Origin: Candidatus Gottesmanbacteria bacterium
GTDB taxonomy: Bacteria; Patescibacteriota; Microgenomatia; UBA10105; UBA927
Assembly (NCBI GenBank): GCA_963809665.1
Contig: CAWEKC010000003.1
Location: 25,277 to 89,276 of the forward strand
DNA length: 64,000 nt
Direction of reading: 5' to 3'
Below, piece after piece: positions 21,261 to 30,830 of this stretch. The notes under the pieces are model-generated. The model made no database searches and was not told the DNA's origin. It was given only the letters and a program-made list of their open reading frames with translations. The position numbers were made by a program, and so were the translations under genes. Position 1 is the first letter of the stretch; each line of letters begins with the position of its first letter.

Positions 21261-22214
21261 ATGTACCACCGCGTACTGGTTGCGGGCACGTTTGACGGAA
21301 TCCATGCCGGTCATGAGGCAATCCTCACGGCGGCAGTCGAGGCAGGGGAACACGTGACCGTAGGCCTCACGTCTGATGTATTTGTCGCAAAATTCAAAAA
21401 AAACCAACCTATTGCGACGTTTTCAGACCGGAAAGCAGGATTAGAGCAGTGGCTGGGCGTCCATGGATACTCGGACCGCGCGTTGATTATCCCGATAGAC
21501 GACCCGTACGAGCCGGCAGCCAGCCTCACCGACCTTGAGATGCTTGTGGTAACCCCCGACACCACATCGCGGGGCGAAGAGATTAACAGCATCCGTAAAG
21601 GTAAAGGCCTTGCGCCGTTAGGACTGCTCGTCGTGCCGCTCGTCCCCGCACAGGATTTAAAGCCCGTTTCTTCAACGCGCATACGTTCCGGAGAAATTGA
21701 TACAACCGGCCGACTCATCCTTCCGTTGACCTTGCGGCCGGAGTTGGGCAAACCCGTGGGGAACGTTTTAATCGGCGATGCGATCGGCAGTTCCATCGAA
21801 ACGCACCGCAGTGATGTTATTGTTGCCGTGGGCGATATTACGACCAAAACACTTCTTACAGCAGGTATAACCCCGTCACTTTCCATCGTAGATTTTCAGG
21901 TGAATAGAAAACCATACCCGGAACTGGACGGACGGTTTGCGGGCCTTGGCATTTTCCGCATCGTGGTACCCAGCGGTCCCGGTTTTATAGCTAAAGAGGC
22001 GATCGACGTGATTAAAAAATGGAGCACACATCCGGAAGAAAAGATCGTTCTGACGGTCACGGGTGAAGAGGATTTACTTGCCCTGCCCGCTATTGCCTAC
22101 GGGCCGGTCGGAGCAATCATATATTATGGTCAACCGGGGCAAGGTCTTGTTGAAGTAATCATAAATCAGGAAAAGAAAAATCAGGCGATTGCACTCCTGG
22201 AAAAGTTTACGTAA
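21261..22214 (+). CDS. Fusion of a PPAT-like cytidylyltransferase (HxGH) domain with a DUF359 domain (archaeal-type GTP-dependent dephospho-CoA kinase): candidate bifunctional CoA-synthesis enzyme
   Basis: N-terminus VLVAGTFDGIHAGHEAIL...STRIRSGEI is the nucleotidyltransferase HxGH/ISSTxxR pattern. The C-terminus VGDITTKTL...IVDFQVNRK...VTGEEDLLALPAI matches DUF359 hallmarks (GEEDL). Confidence 0.5.
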   Translation: MYHRVLVAGTFDGIHAGHEAILTAAVEAGEHVTVGLTSDVFVAKFKKNQPIATFSDRKAGLEQWLGVHGYSDRALIIPIDDPYEPAASLTDLEMLVVTPDTTSRGEEINSIRKGKGLAPLGLLVVPLVPAQDLKPVSSTRIRSGEIDTTGRLILPLTLRPELGKPVGNVLIGDAIGSSIETHRSDVIVAVGDITTKTLLTAGITPSLSIVDFQVNRKPYPELDGRFAGLGIFRIVVPSGPGFIAKEAIDVIKKWSTHPEEKIVLTVTGEEDLLALPAIAYGPVGAIIYYGQPGQGLVEVIINQEKKNQAIALLEKFT

Positions 22215-22223
22215 ACTGGAAGC

Positions 22224-23081
22224 ATGGCAAAATACGTTCCCGACGTTAAAACACAGCGGTGGGTAATTATTTCCGAAGCCAGGACGAAGCGTCCGGATGA
22301 AGCTGCGGCTCCCAAAACAGGAGTTACAGTCTGCGCATTTTGCGAGGGGAACGAAAGTTTCACCCCGCCGGAGGTGTACCGGATCGGAGCGGGGGAGAAA
22401 GATAAACCCGGCTGGCAGGTGCGTGTCGTGCCGAATAAATTCGCCATCACGGATATACACGAAGTCATCATCCATTCTCCCAATCATGCCGATGATTTGG
22501 AACACCTGCCTATTGAGCACGTAACCCGGATTCTGACGGCGTACCGTGACCGGTACCGCGCCCACGAGAACGACGGGCAGGTTATAATCTTCTGCAATCA
22601 CGGGTTCCATGCAGGAGCAAGCCTCATACATCCTCATTCGCAGCTGGTTGTCGTACCCAAACAGATTAATTTGGATTCGTTGTACCGTGAGCCTATTGCC
22701 AATATGATCGAGGATAATACATCATTTATCACGTACTGTCCGGATTTTTCGCAGTGGCCGTATGAGACGTGGATTGCTCCGAAAACCCAGGGGACAAAAT
22801 TCGGCGATACGCCCGAAGGGGAACTGCCGGAATTAGCTAAAGTACTCCAGAAGGTTCTTATAAAGCTGGAAAAAATATATTTGTCGTCTACGATTAAACC
22901 CAAAGACCGTTCTGACAATGCGTTTGTCTATAATTATTACATTTACCACGGTGCCGATTGGTTTATCCGTATTATTCCGCGCTTTATCCACCGAGCCGGT
23001 TTTGAGCTGGGGACGGGTTTAAACGTCAATGTGGTAGATCCCACGGATGCGGCCAAGGAAATTAAAGAAACTGCGGTATAA
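22224..23081 (+). CDS. galT: Galactose-1-phosphate uridylyltransferase (GalT/HIT-like) family
   Basis: CAFCEGNE (CxxC) plus IHPHSQ (HxHxQ) motifs. Confidence 0.65.
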   Translation: MAKYVPDVKTQRWVIISEARTKRPDEAAAPKTGVTVCAFCEGNESFTPPEVYRIGAGEKDKPGWQVRVVPNKFAITDIHEVIIHSPNHADDLEHLPIEHVTRILTAYRDRYRAHENDGQVIIFCNHGFHAGASLIHPHSQLVVVPKQINLDSLYREPIANMIEDNTSFITYCPDFSQWPYETWIAPKTQGTKFGDTPEGELPELAKVLQKVLIKLEKIYLSSTIKPKDRSDNAFVYNYYIYHGADWFIRIIPRFIHRAGFELGTGLNVNVVDPTDAAKEIKETAV

Positions 23082-23104
23082 CTTCGTACAACTCGTATAA
23101 CTCG

Positions 23105-23305
23105 TTAGACTGCGCCTTTTTGTTGAAGTCCCAGGAGCCAGAGTACCGCCTCCTTTTTATATCGGCGGTCGCCCCGCGAGTTAATACGTATTGCCGGCAA
23201 CTTTCCCCGTTTGCCCCACCGCTTGATCGTAAGGGGAGACACACGCAGAATTTTTGCTACCTCCCGGACGGTTAATAAATCCGGCCATTCATCACCAAGT
23301 GCCAT
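23105..23305 (-). CDS. Excisionase-family (HTH_17) small DNA-binding protein
   Basis: LLTVREVAKILRVSPLTIKRWGKRGKLPAIRI matches the Xis-type HTH. Confidence 0.65.
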   Translation of the reverse strand: MALGDEWPDLLTVREVAKILRVSPLTIKRWGKRGKLPAIRINSRGDRRYKKEAVLWLLGLQQKGAV

Positions 23306-24098
23306 AGTACTCCTTTTCGGGCAAGAAAATTATTTTGAAGCAGGATCAATATTCATCACAACAGTACATCAGTAATCAAACGTTGTCAAGAGACATCAAA
23401 TCTATGCAGCCAGTGTGATACATATTGTGATAGGAAACCAAAATGGTCTAAAAAAAATAAAAAAACTATCAATATCGTCCTGTTATCCGTGTTAATCCAA
23501 AAATTTTAGAGATTTGACAATAAAAACCTCATCGAGAGTTATTTGATAAAAGAATAGGAGGATTGGGCGACAGGAAACCGGGAAATTTTATGAAAAAATA
23601 CATAGGGTAGTTTTCCGGAAAAAAAGTAGGACCCGGGGCTTAATGAAATAAAGGGGTCCATGAGTTTATATTTTCCGACGGGTACGTCAGAAATATTTTT
23701 AGAAAAACATAATTTTGAGAAAATTATTATAGCTAAATAATTGAATACTATTAGTGTTCAATTATATCCTCAATAGTGCTCAAACAGTCCGTGTTGCTTC
23801 GTTATACGGAAAAATGCGGAAAACACGAAGAATTCTCAAAAACACGAAATGTGAAACTGTATCAAATTTGATCAACCTGTAGTAAATGGGTCTATTTCAT
23901 ATGCTGGCAGAAAGCCCGATAGAGCGCCATATATACTTTTTATGAAGTAGACGCAGGCGGGAAACCTGCGGCAAATAGCTCATTTTAACGCCATTTTCTG
24001 GCAGATTCCCATGCCAAGCGCCACAGCCTCTGTATTGCCCCTAGAGGCTCATTTTTTGCATAAAGTGGTGTATTTAAGGTATACTACACCTTCTTACT

Positions 24099-26453
24099 AT
24101 GCCACCTATATTGGAACGGCGCGCTATCTCGGATTCTCACGAAAACGTACACAGAAGTGTGCGGGTGTTTGCGGTAGCGCCTATATCGGCCGATAAATTG
24201 GCTTTTGAGCTGGAGGAGAGTTCCATTGATGACATTCCGCTTGTGGAAGTCATTTTGGGGAAAAAACCTTCTGTCGGACCAAGCGCAAACCGTCTTATTG
24301 CATTCGGGGGAGGAATTGAACCCGGCGAGTCTGTTGAGGAAGCGGCCATCCGGGAATTTGGGGAGGAAAGCACCATAACAGCCTTAAGTACCCAGGAAAC
24401 CTTGCAGGAGTGGAGAACGTCCCATGAGACCCTGAAGTCTTTTAACTACACCCCTCCGAAACGGCCGGAAAATCAGGTATATTTTTTAACCCTTCCGGTT
24501 GCAGGACAAGATGTCCAAAAATATGGTGTCCGGGGGATGCTTAAGGACAATATGGACGATGTAGTCGTGGTTACGCCGCATGAATTTCAATCCTTAATTG
24601 AGACAGGGGAAGTCAACGGCTTCAAAATTGTCGGCCACATGAGCAAACATAAAAATGATCACATCAGAATCAGACCGGAAGACGAAAACGTGAAAAATGA
24701 GGAGCTGGATCGCGTTGTGGCTGAGATCCATGCATTTGAACGGAAATTCCGGGAAAAGATACTGCAGGAGGTGAATAAAACCCGGCATTTCCGTAATTTG
24801 CCATACCTTCAAAATCTTTCTGAGTGCGGCCCGGAAGATTTACGCCCGGCATATATAGGAGCCCAGATGAAGATGGATTTATCATGCGAGCGGCAACAGG
24901 AACGGGCACTAGCCGCGTCTATACGCGAAGGACAGGATGCGGACGCATTACGGCACACCTTCTCGGTGAGTGCACAGGATCCGCTGAAAGCAGCGCCGTA
25001 CCTCTCACGGGAAAATTTTCTGAAACATCCTGAATTGTTGCTTTCACTCCCGACGGAAACGCTGGTTCACCAGGCGAATACTATAAAAAGAGCTGTGAAA
25101 CAAACGCTGGAATCCTCATCCTTTATGCAGAAAGGAAAGGATATATTTGCTGATTTACCCTGGAGCTTCGGACTTACGCAGGTCATACTTGCAGTCCGGG
25201 ACAGGTTGCAAACTTTACCGGCGGATTCACGGGCTGTCATTCTTTCGCGTCTCGATAATGATATGGCAGGAAATTTTGCGAGGTTAACCGGTGTAACGAA
25301 GGAAGCGGTCATCGAAGCGGTTACAGAAGGAGGAGATTTGTTATTTGATGAAGTTACGGCCAGCCTGAAGCGGAGATTCACCGTGTTTCAGGAACATCTT
25401 GCCGCGAACGAAATTGAGCATTCAGGGCTGTTCGGATACGTACTCCTAGCACTGCGTATTCATCCGGAATTGGTTGAACCTATGAATGATGCCCTCGAAG
25501 TGACGAAAAAAATGCAGTATGAAGCGATCCGTGAACTTGGACTTTTATTTCCGGCAGTCCGTGCGATCAAGGAATGGCACGCCTCTACCAATGACAGGCT
25601 GATTGATGTATTGTTTGCTGAATTTTTCGGTGTGCCGTTCGAGAAAGAAGAAGCGGAATTGGATGTAGATGGGAAGAAAGTGCCGCATACGATATATCAT
25701 CGCCGCGCGAATATAGAGATAATGGGAACATTTCCGCATGTTATTATCGATGACCGCGCAAAAAAAAGTAAAGTCGGATTACTTCGTAAATACTTGCTTG
25801 ATAACGGTCCGGTTCATGATAACCGTTCAACAAATATTGTCATTTCCGATGACAATTTCCGGAAAAAATTGAAGCTGGAAGACCGTTTGCAGTTTGCCGA
25901 ATTATTGAGGGATGAAATGGTGAAGTTTTTCCGTAAGAAATTAGGGAGTAGTTGGAGCGTGCGGATAGAATGGGATGCGGAAGACGAGCGATATAAAAAT
26001 GTCCGGAGATATGCAGCATTGCCCAAAAATGAGCGTTTTAACTATATCCGCGAACTTGTGCGTGCAGGAGGGAAGCGCCCGGGTTCACAAGGTTTCCGTT
26101 TTATACGCGATCAGTTTCGGCTGATAGTTGAGGGGCACAATACAAAGTTGGTGAGGGAAATTGACATATATCCCTTTGAGGATACGCATCATACGTTTAC
26201 CCCGGACCAATTGCGCAGTGCGGATCTATACTGGCAGAAATTACAAACATACAACAGTCTTTCAGATAAAGTTTTTGCATGGGGATGGCGTCAGAAACTG
26301 GGCGATCATACACTGGGGAATTACGAGGCAGCCCGGTATTATGCCAGAAGCACACGGTGGCAGACAGAGCCGTCATTATATGAACTGCTGTGGGCGTCAG
26401 CATATTATTATTTCTTAATTGAGCGGGTCCGCCTGCAGCAGGTTAAAAAATAA
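24099..26453 (+). CDS. Nudix hydrolase domain fused to an unrecognised 600-aa C-terminal domain
   Basis: Nudix box GGGIEPGESVEEAAIREFGEESTI (GX5EX7REUXEEXGU). No match is recognised for the C-terminal 600 aa. Confidence 0.6.
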   Translation: MPPILERRAISDSHENVHRSVRVFAVAPISADKLAFELEESSIDDIPLVEVILGKKPSVGPSANRLIAFGGGIEPGESVEEAAIREFGEESTITALSTQETLQEWRTSHETLKSFNYTPPKRPENQVYFLTLPVAGQDVQKYGVRGMLKDNMDDVVVVTPHEFQSLIETGEVNGFKIVGHMSKHKNDHIRIRPEDENVKNEELDRVVAEIHAFERKFREKILQEVNKTRHFRNLPYLQNLSECGPEDLRPAYIGAQMKMDLSCERQQERALAASIREGQDADALRHTFSVSAQDPLKAAPYLSRENFLKHPELLLSLPTETLVHQANTIKRAVKQTLESSSFMQKGKDIFADLPWSFGLTQVILAVRDRLQTLPADSRAVILSRLDNDMAGNFARLTGVTKEAVIEAVTEGGDLLFDEVTASLKRRFTVFQEHLAANEIEHSGLFGYVLLALRIHPELVEPMNDALEVTKKMQYEAIRELGLLFPAVRAIKEWHASTNDRLIDVLFAEFFGVPFEKEEAELDVDGKKVPHTIYHRRANIEIMGTFPHVIIDDRAKKSKVGLLRKYLLDNGPVHDNRSTNIVISDDNFRKKLKLEDRLQFAELLRDEMVKFFRKKLGSSWSVRIEWDAEDERYKNVRRYAALPKNERFNYIRELVRAGGKRPGSQGFRFIRDQFRLIVEGHNTKLVREIDIYPFEDTHHTFTPDQLRSADLYWQKLQTYNSLSDKVFAWGWRQKLGDHTLGNYEAARYYARSTRWQTEPSLYELLWASAYYYFLIERVRLQQVKK

Positions 26454-26478
26454 AATCCCCCTTTCGGGGGATTTTTAT
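26454..26478. terminator. Bidirectional rho-independent terminator (AAAATCCCCC-TTTC-GGGGGATTTTTATTT) between the convergent Nudix gene and rplL
   Basis: GC stem ATCCCCC/GGGGGAT with loop TTTC, A-run on one side and T-run on the other. Confidence 0.8.
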
Positions 26479-26862
26479 TTATGTAAGTTCAACTTTTGCA
26501 CCGGCTGCTTCGAGCTTTTTCTTTGCCTCTTGCGCGGTACTTTTATTGACTCCGGTTAAGACTTCTTTCGGTGCGCTCTCCACGAGCGTTTTTGCTTCCT
26601 GGAGCCCCAAGGTCGGCACGAGTTCGCGGACGGCTTTGATGGCGCCGATGCGGTTTGCTCCTGCTTCTTTAAGAACGACGTTGAATACCGTTTGTTCCTC
26701 TTTGGGTTCTCCGGCATCCGCGGCCGGAGCGGCTGCGGCAGCTGCGACGGGCGCGGCTGTGACACCAAATTTTTCTTCAAGGGCTTTTACCAGATCTGCG
26801 AGTTCTAACACCGTCATCTCACTTACTGATTTTAATATTTCATCTTTTGAAAGTTTTGCCAT
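26479..26862 (-). CDS. rplL: 50S ribosomal protein L7/L12
   Basis: [34 protein letters not shown]... followed by an Ala-rich hinge and ...[14 protein letters not shown]. Confidence 0.95.
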   Translation of the reverse strand: MAKLSKDEILKSVSEMTVLELADLVKALEEKFGVTAAPVAAAAAAPAADAGEPKEEQTVFNVVLKEAGANRIGAIKAVRELVPTLGLQEAKTLVESAPKEVLTGVNKSTAQEAKKKLEAAGAKVELT

Positions 26863-26902
26863 AATTGTGTGTCACCACCTCTCTTAGAAACGTTTAACGA
26901 GT

Positions 26903-27424
26903 TTAATTCGTTTTCTTCTCCTTTATCGAATTCAGTGCCCAGACGAGCTTGTTCAAATTCCAGTTGAGTGCGTAGTGGAGTCCCTGAATCGGGGCATTGA
27001 GCTGACTGACTAATTTTGTCAACAGGACGGGGCGCGGCGGCAATGCAGCGAGTGTCATAACATCGGTTTGCGTCAGTACTTTATCGCCCAGGAGCCCGCC
27101 TTTAGCTTTACCAAACCCGGCGGTTTTGAAAAATTTAAGAAGGACGGTCAGTGGGGCAACTTCGTCCGCATAGGCAAACAGTGCCGCCGTAGAATGTGTG
27201 AGTTGGGCCTCGATGGATTTGGCTTTATCGCCCAAGGCCTTTGCAAAAAGTCGGTTCTTCGTAACTGTAAAATCCGCGTTAGCTTTCTTAAGCGTACGGC
27301 GGAGCTCTTCCAGTTGTTTATGCTTGAGGCCGCTGTAATCCGCGAGCACTATGGATTTTGCCTTGGCAACTTTTCCGGTTAATTCGGTAACCGCATCGAT
27401 TTTTTTCTGTGTAGCCATATGCAA
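26903..27424 (-). CDS. rplJ: 50S ribosomal protein L10
   Basis: Located upstream of rplL. Sequence KKIDAVTELTGKVAKAKSIVLADYSGLKHKQLEELRRTLK. Confidence 0.9.
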   Translation of the reverse strand: MHMATQKKIDAVTELTGKVAKAKSIVLADYSGLKHKQLEELRRTLKKANADFTVTKNRLFAKALGDKAKSIEAQLTHSTAALFAYADEVAPLTVLLKFFKTAGFGKAKGGLLGDKVLTQTDVMTLAALPPRPVLLTKLVSQLNAPIQGLHYALNWNLNKLVWALNSIKEKKTN

Positions 27425-27542
27425 TAAAAAAACACCACGAGGGTGCTTTATACGCGTTTCCCTCGGTAGGATTTATTCAGCTCTTCGAGAGAGCTAGACC
27501 TACGGTCTTTAGGTTAGAAAGATTATATCAATTGCCCGGGTG

Positions 27543-28403
27543 TTATGCAACCTCAATTTTTACTCCCGGCCCCATGGTAGAGGCCAGTGTCGCCTTTGCG
27601 ATTTTACCCCGACCGACGGCGTTCAATATTGCGGTTACGTTATCCTCAAGCTTTTTGTCATCAAACGATACTTTGCCTACGATCATATGGATAAGCGGCT
27701 GATCGGGCTCGGTTTTGAAGTTTACCTTGCCGGTCGTCAGTTCTTTTGCGCGTTTTACGGCATCTTCCGTTACGGTGCCTGTTTTCGGGTTGGGCATAAG
27801 ACCTTTGGGCCCCAAAATCCGGGCAACTTTGGCAAGTTTCGGCATCATGGCCGGCGTCGCGACAAGGATATCAAAATTGATTTTTCCCTCCGCAACATCT
27901 GCGACAATGGTATCATCGGCAATAAGCACACGTACCTGTTTTCCTGTTCCGTGCGGCAGGGACACCGAGCCCCGCAAATCCTTTTTCTCGCCCATGGAAG
28001 CCGGATTAAGATTAATATGCAGTTCTACGGATCCGTCAAACATCGTCAGGCTTGTTTTTTTTACAAGGGAGACTGCATCCGTCAGGGGATAGGTTTTGGA
28101 TTTATCCACGAGTGACGCTGCTTCCACATACCGTTTGGAGCGGACGCGCATCTTTTTCTGTTTTTTCGCTTTTTTTGCGGATTCGGCAGGTTTTTCGCCG
28201 CTTTCTACTTCATTGATAAGTTTTTTGAATTCGGGATTGATATCGGTTCCTTCAACGACCGAGACGCGCTGGCCGCCTTTCATGCCGACGCCTTCCACCT
28301 TTTGTTTTTTGGAATCTTTCGTCTGGCGTCGGGCCTCGGCCCGCCGTTTTTGTTCTTTTTCCTGCTTTTCGTCGCCCATGGCGACGGCTCTGATTTTACC
28401 CAT
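27543..28403 (-). CDS. rplA: 50S ribosomal protein L1 with an 84-aa Lys/Glu-rich N-terminal extension (alternative start at 28151 gives a canonical L1)
   Basis: Canonical L1 begins at MRVRSKRYVEAASLVDKSKTYPLTDAV. The upstream in-frame 84 aa are K/E-rich and abut the rplK stop. Confidence 0.85.
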   Translation of the reverse strand: MGKIRAVAMGDEKQEKEQKRRAEARRQTKDSKKQKVEGVGMKGGQRVSVVEGTDINPEFKKLINEVESGEKPAESAKKAKKQKKMRVRSKRYVEAASLVDKSKTYPLTDAVSLVKKTSLTMFDGSVELHINLNPASMGEKKDLRGSVSLPHGTGKQVRVLIADDTIVADVAEGKINFDILVATPAMMPKLAKVARILGPKGLMPNPKTGTVTEDAVKRAKELTTGKVNFKTEPDQPLIHMIVGKVSFDDKKLEDNVTAILNAVGRGKIAKATLASTMGPGVKIEVA

Positions 28404-28406
28404 AGA

Positions 28407-28835
28407 TTATCCTTCCACCTCAATACCCATGCTCTTTGCCGTTCCGATGACGACTTTCATAGCCGCTTCGACGCTGTCGGTATTCAAATCCGGTAATTTA
28501 TCGGTCGCGATTTTCTTCACCTGTTCGCGTGTCAGTTTACCTGCCGATTCATGGCCCGGTTTCCCGCCTGCCTTATCAAGGGCGAGAAGTTTTTTGATCA
28601 TCGCAGCCACAGGGGGAAGTTTGGTGATAAAGCTGAATGTCCGGTCTTCGTAGACGGTGATCACGGCAGGGATCGTTTCGCCTTTAAGTTTGGCGGTCCG
28701 TTCGTTATACGCTTTTACAAACTCCATGATGGGGAGTCCGTGCTGTCCCAATGCCGGCCCGACCGGAGGCGCGGCTGTCGCTGCACCCGCGGGCAAATTG
28801 AGTTTGATAATGGTTTTAACTTTTTTAACTGCCAT
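28407..28835 (-). CDS. rplK: 50S ribosomal protein L11
   Basis: [33 protein letters not shown]. The ORF track extends upstream to 29018, but the true start is the MAVKK codon at 28835. Confidence 0.9.
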   Translation of the reverse strand: MAVKKVKTIIKLNLPAGAATAAPPVGPALGQHGLPIMEFVKAYNERTAKLKGETIPAVITVYEDRTFSFITKLPPVAAMIKKLLALDKAGGKPGHESAGKLTREQVKKIATDKLPDLNTDSVEAAMKVVIGTAKSMGIEVEG

Positions 28836-28959
28836 AATTTTGGGGAAACGGAAAGGGAACGGGGGAATACATTTGTATTGTCGAAACCCTTTCGGTTTCT
28901 CCCACGCGTGTGCGTAGTAAGAGAGAGTATAGCAAAAGAGAAGGATAATGGCAAGGCTG

Positions 28960-29886
28960 CTAAATTTTTGGCAGGTTTGCAGCAAACGGGATGCCCCAAA
29001 CCGTCTTATTATCTGCACGGCCTCCGGTTAATAATGACAGGCATTTTCCGTTTTGTGTCACTATCGCGGCCCCCGACATACCGTCATCTGCCGCTCCTTT
29101 GAATTCATGAAGCCGGAGATCTCCGGAGAGGTGTGGTACGGTGGTTATTCCTTTGTATTTCAATTCGGTAAACGTCAGACTCCCATTAGTACCGGCGGGA
29201 AATCCTCCGCAATAAAAAATATCACCCTGTTTTGGTTCTGCCTGATCCTGAGCCAATTTTGTGTACTCGGGACGTGTGACATATTGTTTAAAGCCTACCG
29301 GCTTTTTGATTGTGATAGCGCGTATCGGGTGATATATGCCCGTATCGATATCCGATTCCGGGGACACATTCTCAATCCACCAGTCGGTGTCCGTTGGTTT
29401 AGGTCCGTTTGGTGCTCCGATTCGTGCATCAACCCGGAGTTGCTTCATTTGATCGCCGTACGGGAATGAAATGTCGACATTTTTCCAAAACATACCTTTT
29501 CCGAGATGCTCCGCCGTAAGTAGGACGAGATGCGTGTCTGTTTCAAAATAAACCTGGCCGGCACCGACACTCTGCGTTCCGTCTCCTGAATAACGTTCCA
29601 GCGACGTGATATTGATTTGTGCTAAGCCGGAAAGAAATGGGGGAGGAAGCAGGTCCGCAATTCTTTGCCCCTCAGGGGTATTTGCCTGCTGCGTTGCCTG
29701 AACTTCGATCGGTGAAAGGTGAGTCCGGCTGGCACATCCGGCAAGGGCAGCAGCTCCCAAGCCTGCGCCAACAAGCTTTATAAAAGCCCTGCGTGAAACA
29801 TTACCGCTTCCCGTATATACAATATTTGAGTCATTTTTTGATTCTGCCATAAGAATAAGCATAGAGGAAGCATCCAATGGAATCAA
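28960..29886 (-). CDS. TAT-signal lipoprotein with a trypsin-like (S1) serine-peptidase fold, inserted between nusG and rplK
   Basis: [21 protein letters not shown] is a twin-arginine motif plus lipobox. LLTAEHLG resembles the TAAHC His motif, and [10 protein letters not shown] resembles GDSGGP. Start uncertain (29850-29886). Confidence 0.45.
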   Translation of the reverse strand: MIPLDASSMLILMAESKNDSNIVYTGSGNVSRRAFIKLVGAGLGAAALAGCASRTHLSPIEVQATQQANTPEGQRIADLLPPPFLSGLAQINITSLERYSGDGTQSVGAGQVYFETDTHLVLLTAEHLGKGMFWKNVDISFPYGDQMKQLRVDARIGAPNGPKPTDTDWWIENVSPESDIDTGIYHPIRAITIKKPVGFKQYVTRPEYTKLAQDQAEPKQGDIFYCGGFPAGTNGSLTFTELKYKGITTVPHLSGDLRLHEFKGAADDGMSGAAIVTQNGKCLSLLTGGRADNKTVWGIPFAANLPKI

Positions 29887-29901
29887 GATCGGGGTGAGCT
29901 T

Positions 29902-30516
29902 TTACAGCTTGGCAACCTGCAGGAAGTCCAGTTCTACGGGAGTTTCACGGCCGAAGATAGAAACCAGCACTTTGATCTTCCCTTTTTCTTCATCAATTGT
30001 GTCAATCGTGCCCAAAAAGTCCGCAAACGGCCCGTCGACGATTTTGACGGCTTCACCCACCGAAAACGACGCCTTGTATTTCGGTGCTTCCATCTGCATG
30101 AATTTCAGAATCGTATCTACTTCTTTATCGGAAATCGGGGTAGGTTTGTTGCCGGCGCCGACAAACGCAGTGACGCCCTGTGTCGTCCGTACGGCCAGCC
30201 ATGACGTGTCATCCAGTACCATTTTGACCAGAATATAGCCGGGGAAAATTTTTTCCTTTTGTTCTTCTTTTTTACCGTGTTTAACGGTAACGATATTGCG
30301 GGTAGGGACGATAATTTCAAATATTTTATCCGCGAGCTTCATCGTGTCGATCCGCTGTTTCAGATTTGCGGCGACCTTGTTTTCGTGGCCGGAATATGTG
30401 TGTACGACATACCATTTGGCATTTGCAGGAGCCTGGGTTTTCGGGGTTTCCGTGATTGTTGCAGCGCTCGGAGCGGCTGGTTTTTTTTCTTCAGCTACTT
30501 TTTGAGTGTCGTTCAT
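29902..30516 (-). CDS. nusG: Transcription antitermination factor NusG
   Basis: WYVVHTYSGHENKV NGN domain and a C-terminal KOW (FSVGEAVKIVDGPFADFLGTI). Confidence 0.9.
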   Translation of the reverse strand: MNDTQKVAEEKKPAAPSAATITETPKTQAPANAKWYVVHTYSGHENKVAANLKQRIDTMKLADKIFEIIVPTRNIVTVKHGKKEEQKEKIFPGYILVKMVLDDTSWLAVRTTQGVTAFVGAGNKPTPISDKEVDTILKFMQMEAPKYKASFSVGEAVKIVDGPFADFLGTIDTIDEEKGKIKVLVSIFGRETPVELDFLQVAKL

Positions 30517-30519
30517 AGT

Positions 30520-30735
30520 TTATCGTTTAAATAATAGCGTTGTAATACGTAAAAATAACGAGTCCAGTCCGCCGATAAATGCTCCGACGAGTATCGAAAT
30601 GATGATGACGATAATCGTCAGCTTCACCGTTTCTTCCCGCGTGGGCCAGGTGACTTTTTTAAGTTCCGCAACCACTTCGCGCAGGAACCTTCCGGGCGCT
30701 ACATTCGGTATACTGGGCTTCTGTGCTGCGTCCAT
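30520..30735 (-). CDS. secE: Preprotein translocase subunit SecE
   Basis: 71 aa. FLREVVAELKKVTWPTREE followed by a single TM segment. Lies immediately upstream of nusG. Confidence 0.85.
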   Translation of the reverse strand: MDAAQKPSIPNVAPGRFLREVVAELKKVTWPTREETVKLTIIVIIISILVGAFIGGLDSLFLRITTLLFKR

Positions 30736-30767
30736 ATACGTATGATATCAGGTTTTTTCCTAAACAA

Positions 30768-30785
30768 AACCCCCTCCCAGGGGTT
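30768..30785 (-). terminator. Rho-independent terminator (AACCCC-loop-GGGGTT plus T-tract on the minus strand) after the 30831..32540 gene and before secE
   Basis: Hairpin seen directly; a T-rich run follows on the minus strand. Confidence 0.55.
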
Positions 30786-30830
30786 ATGGGTATGAGTATA
30801 TCAAAGGAGGTAAAAAAAGTAAAGATTAGC

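Noticed and set aside
22074-22637. 187-aa minus-strand ORF overlapping galT and the PPAT-DUF359 gene
   Set aside because: It is antisense to two genes with clear motifs and has no recognisable domain.
27540-28653. Plus-strand ORFs 27540..28115, 27715..28092 and 28096..28653 overlapping rplA and rplK
   Set aside because: They are antisense to highly conserved ribosomal protein genes and show no motif, so they are spurious.
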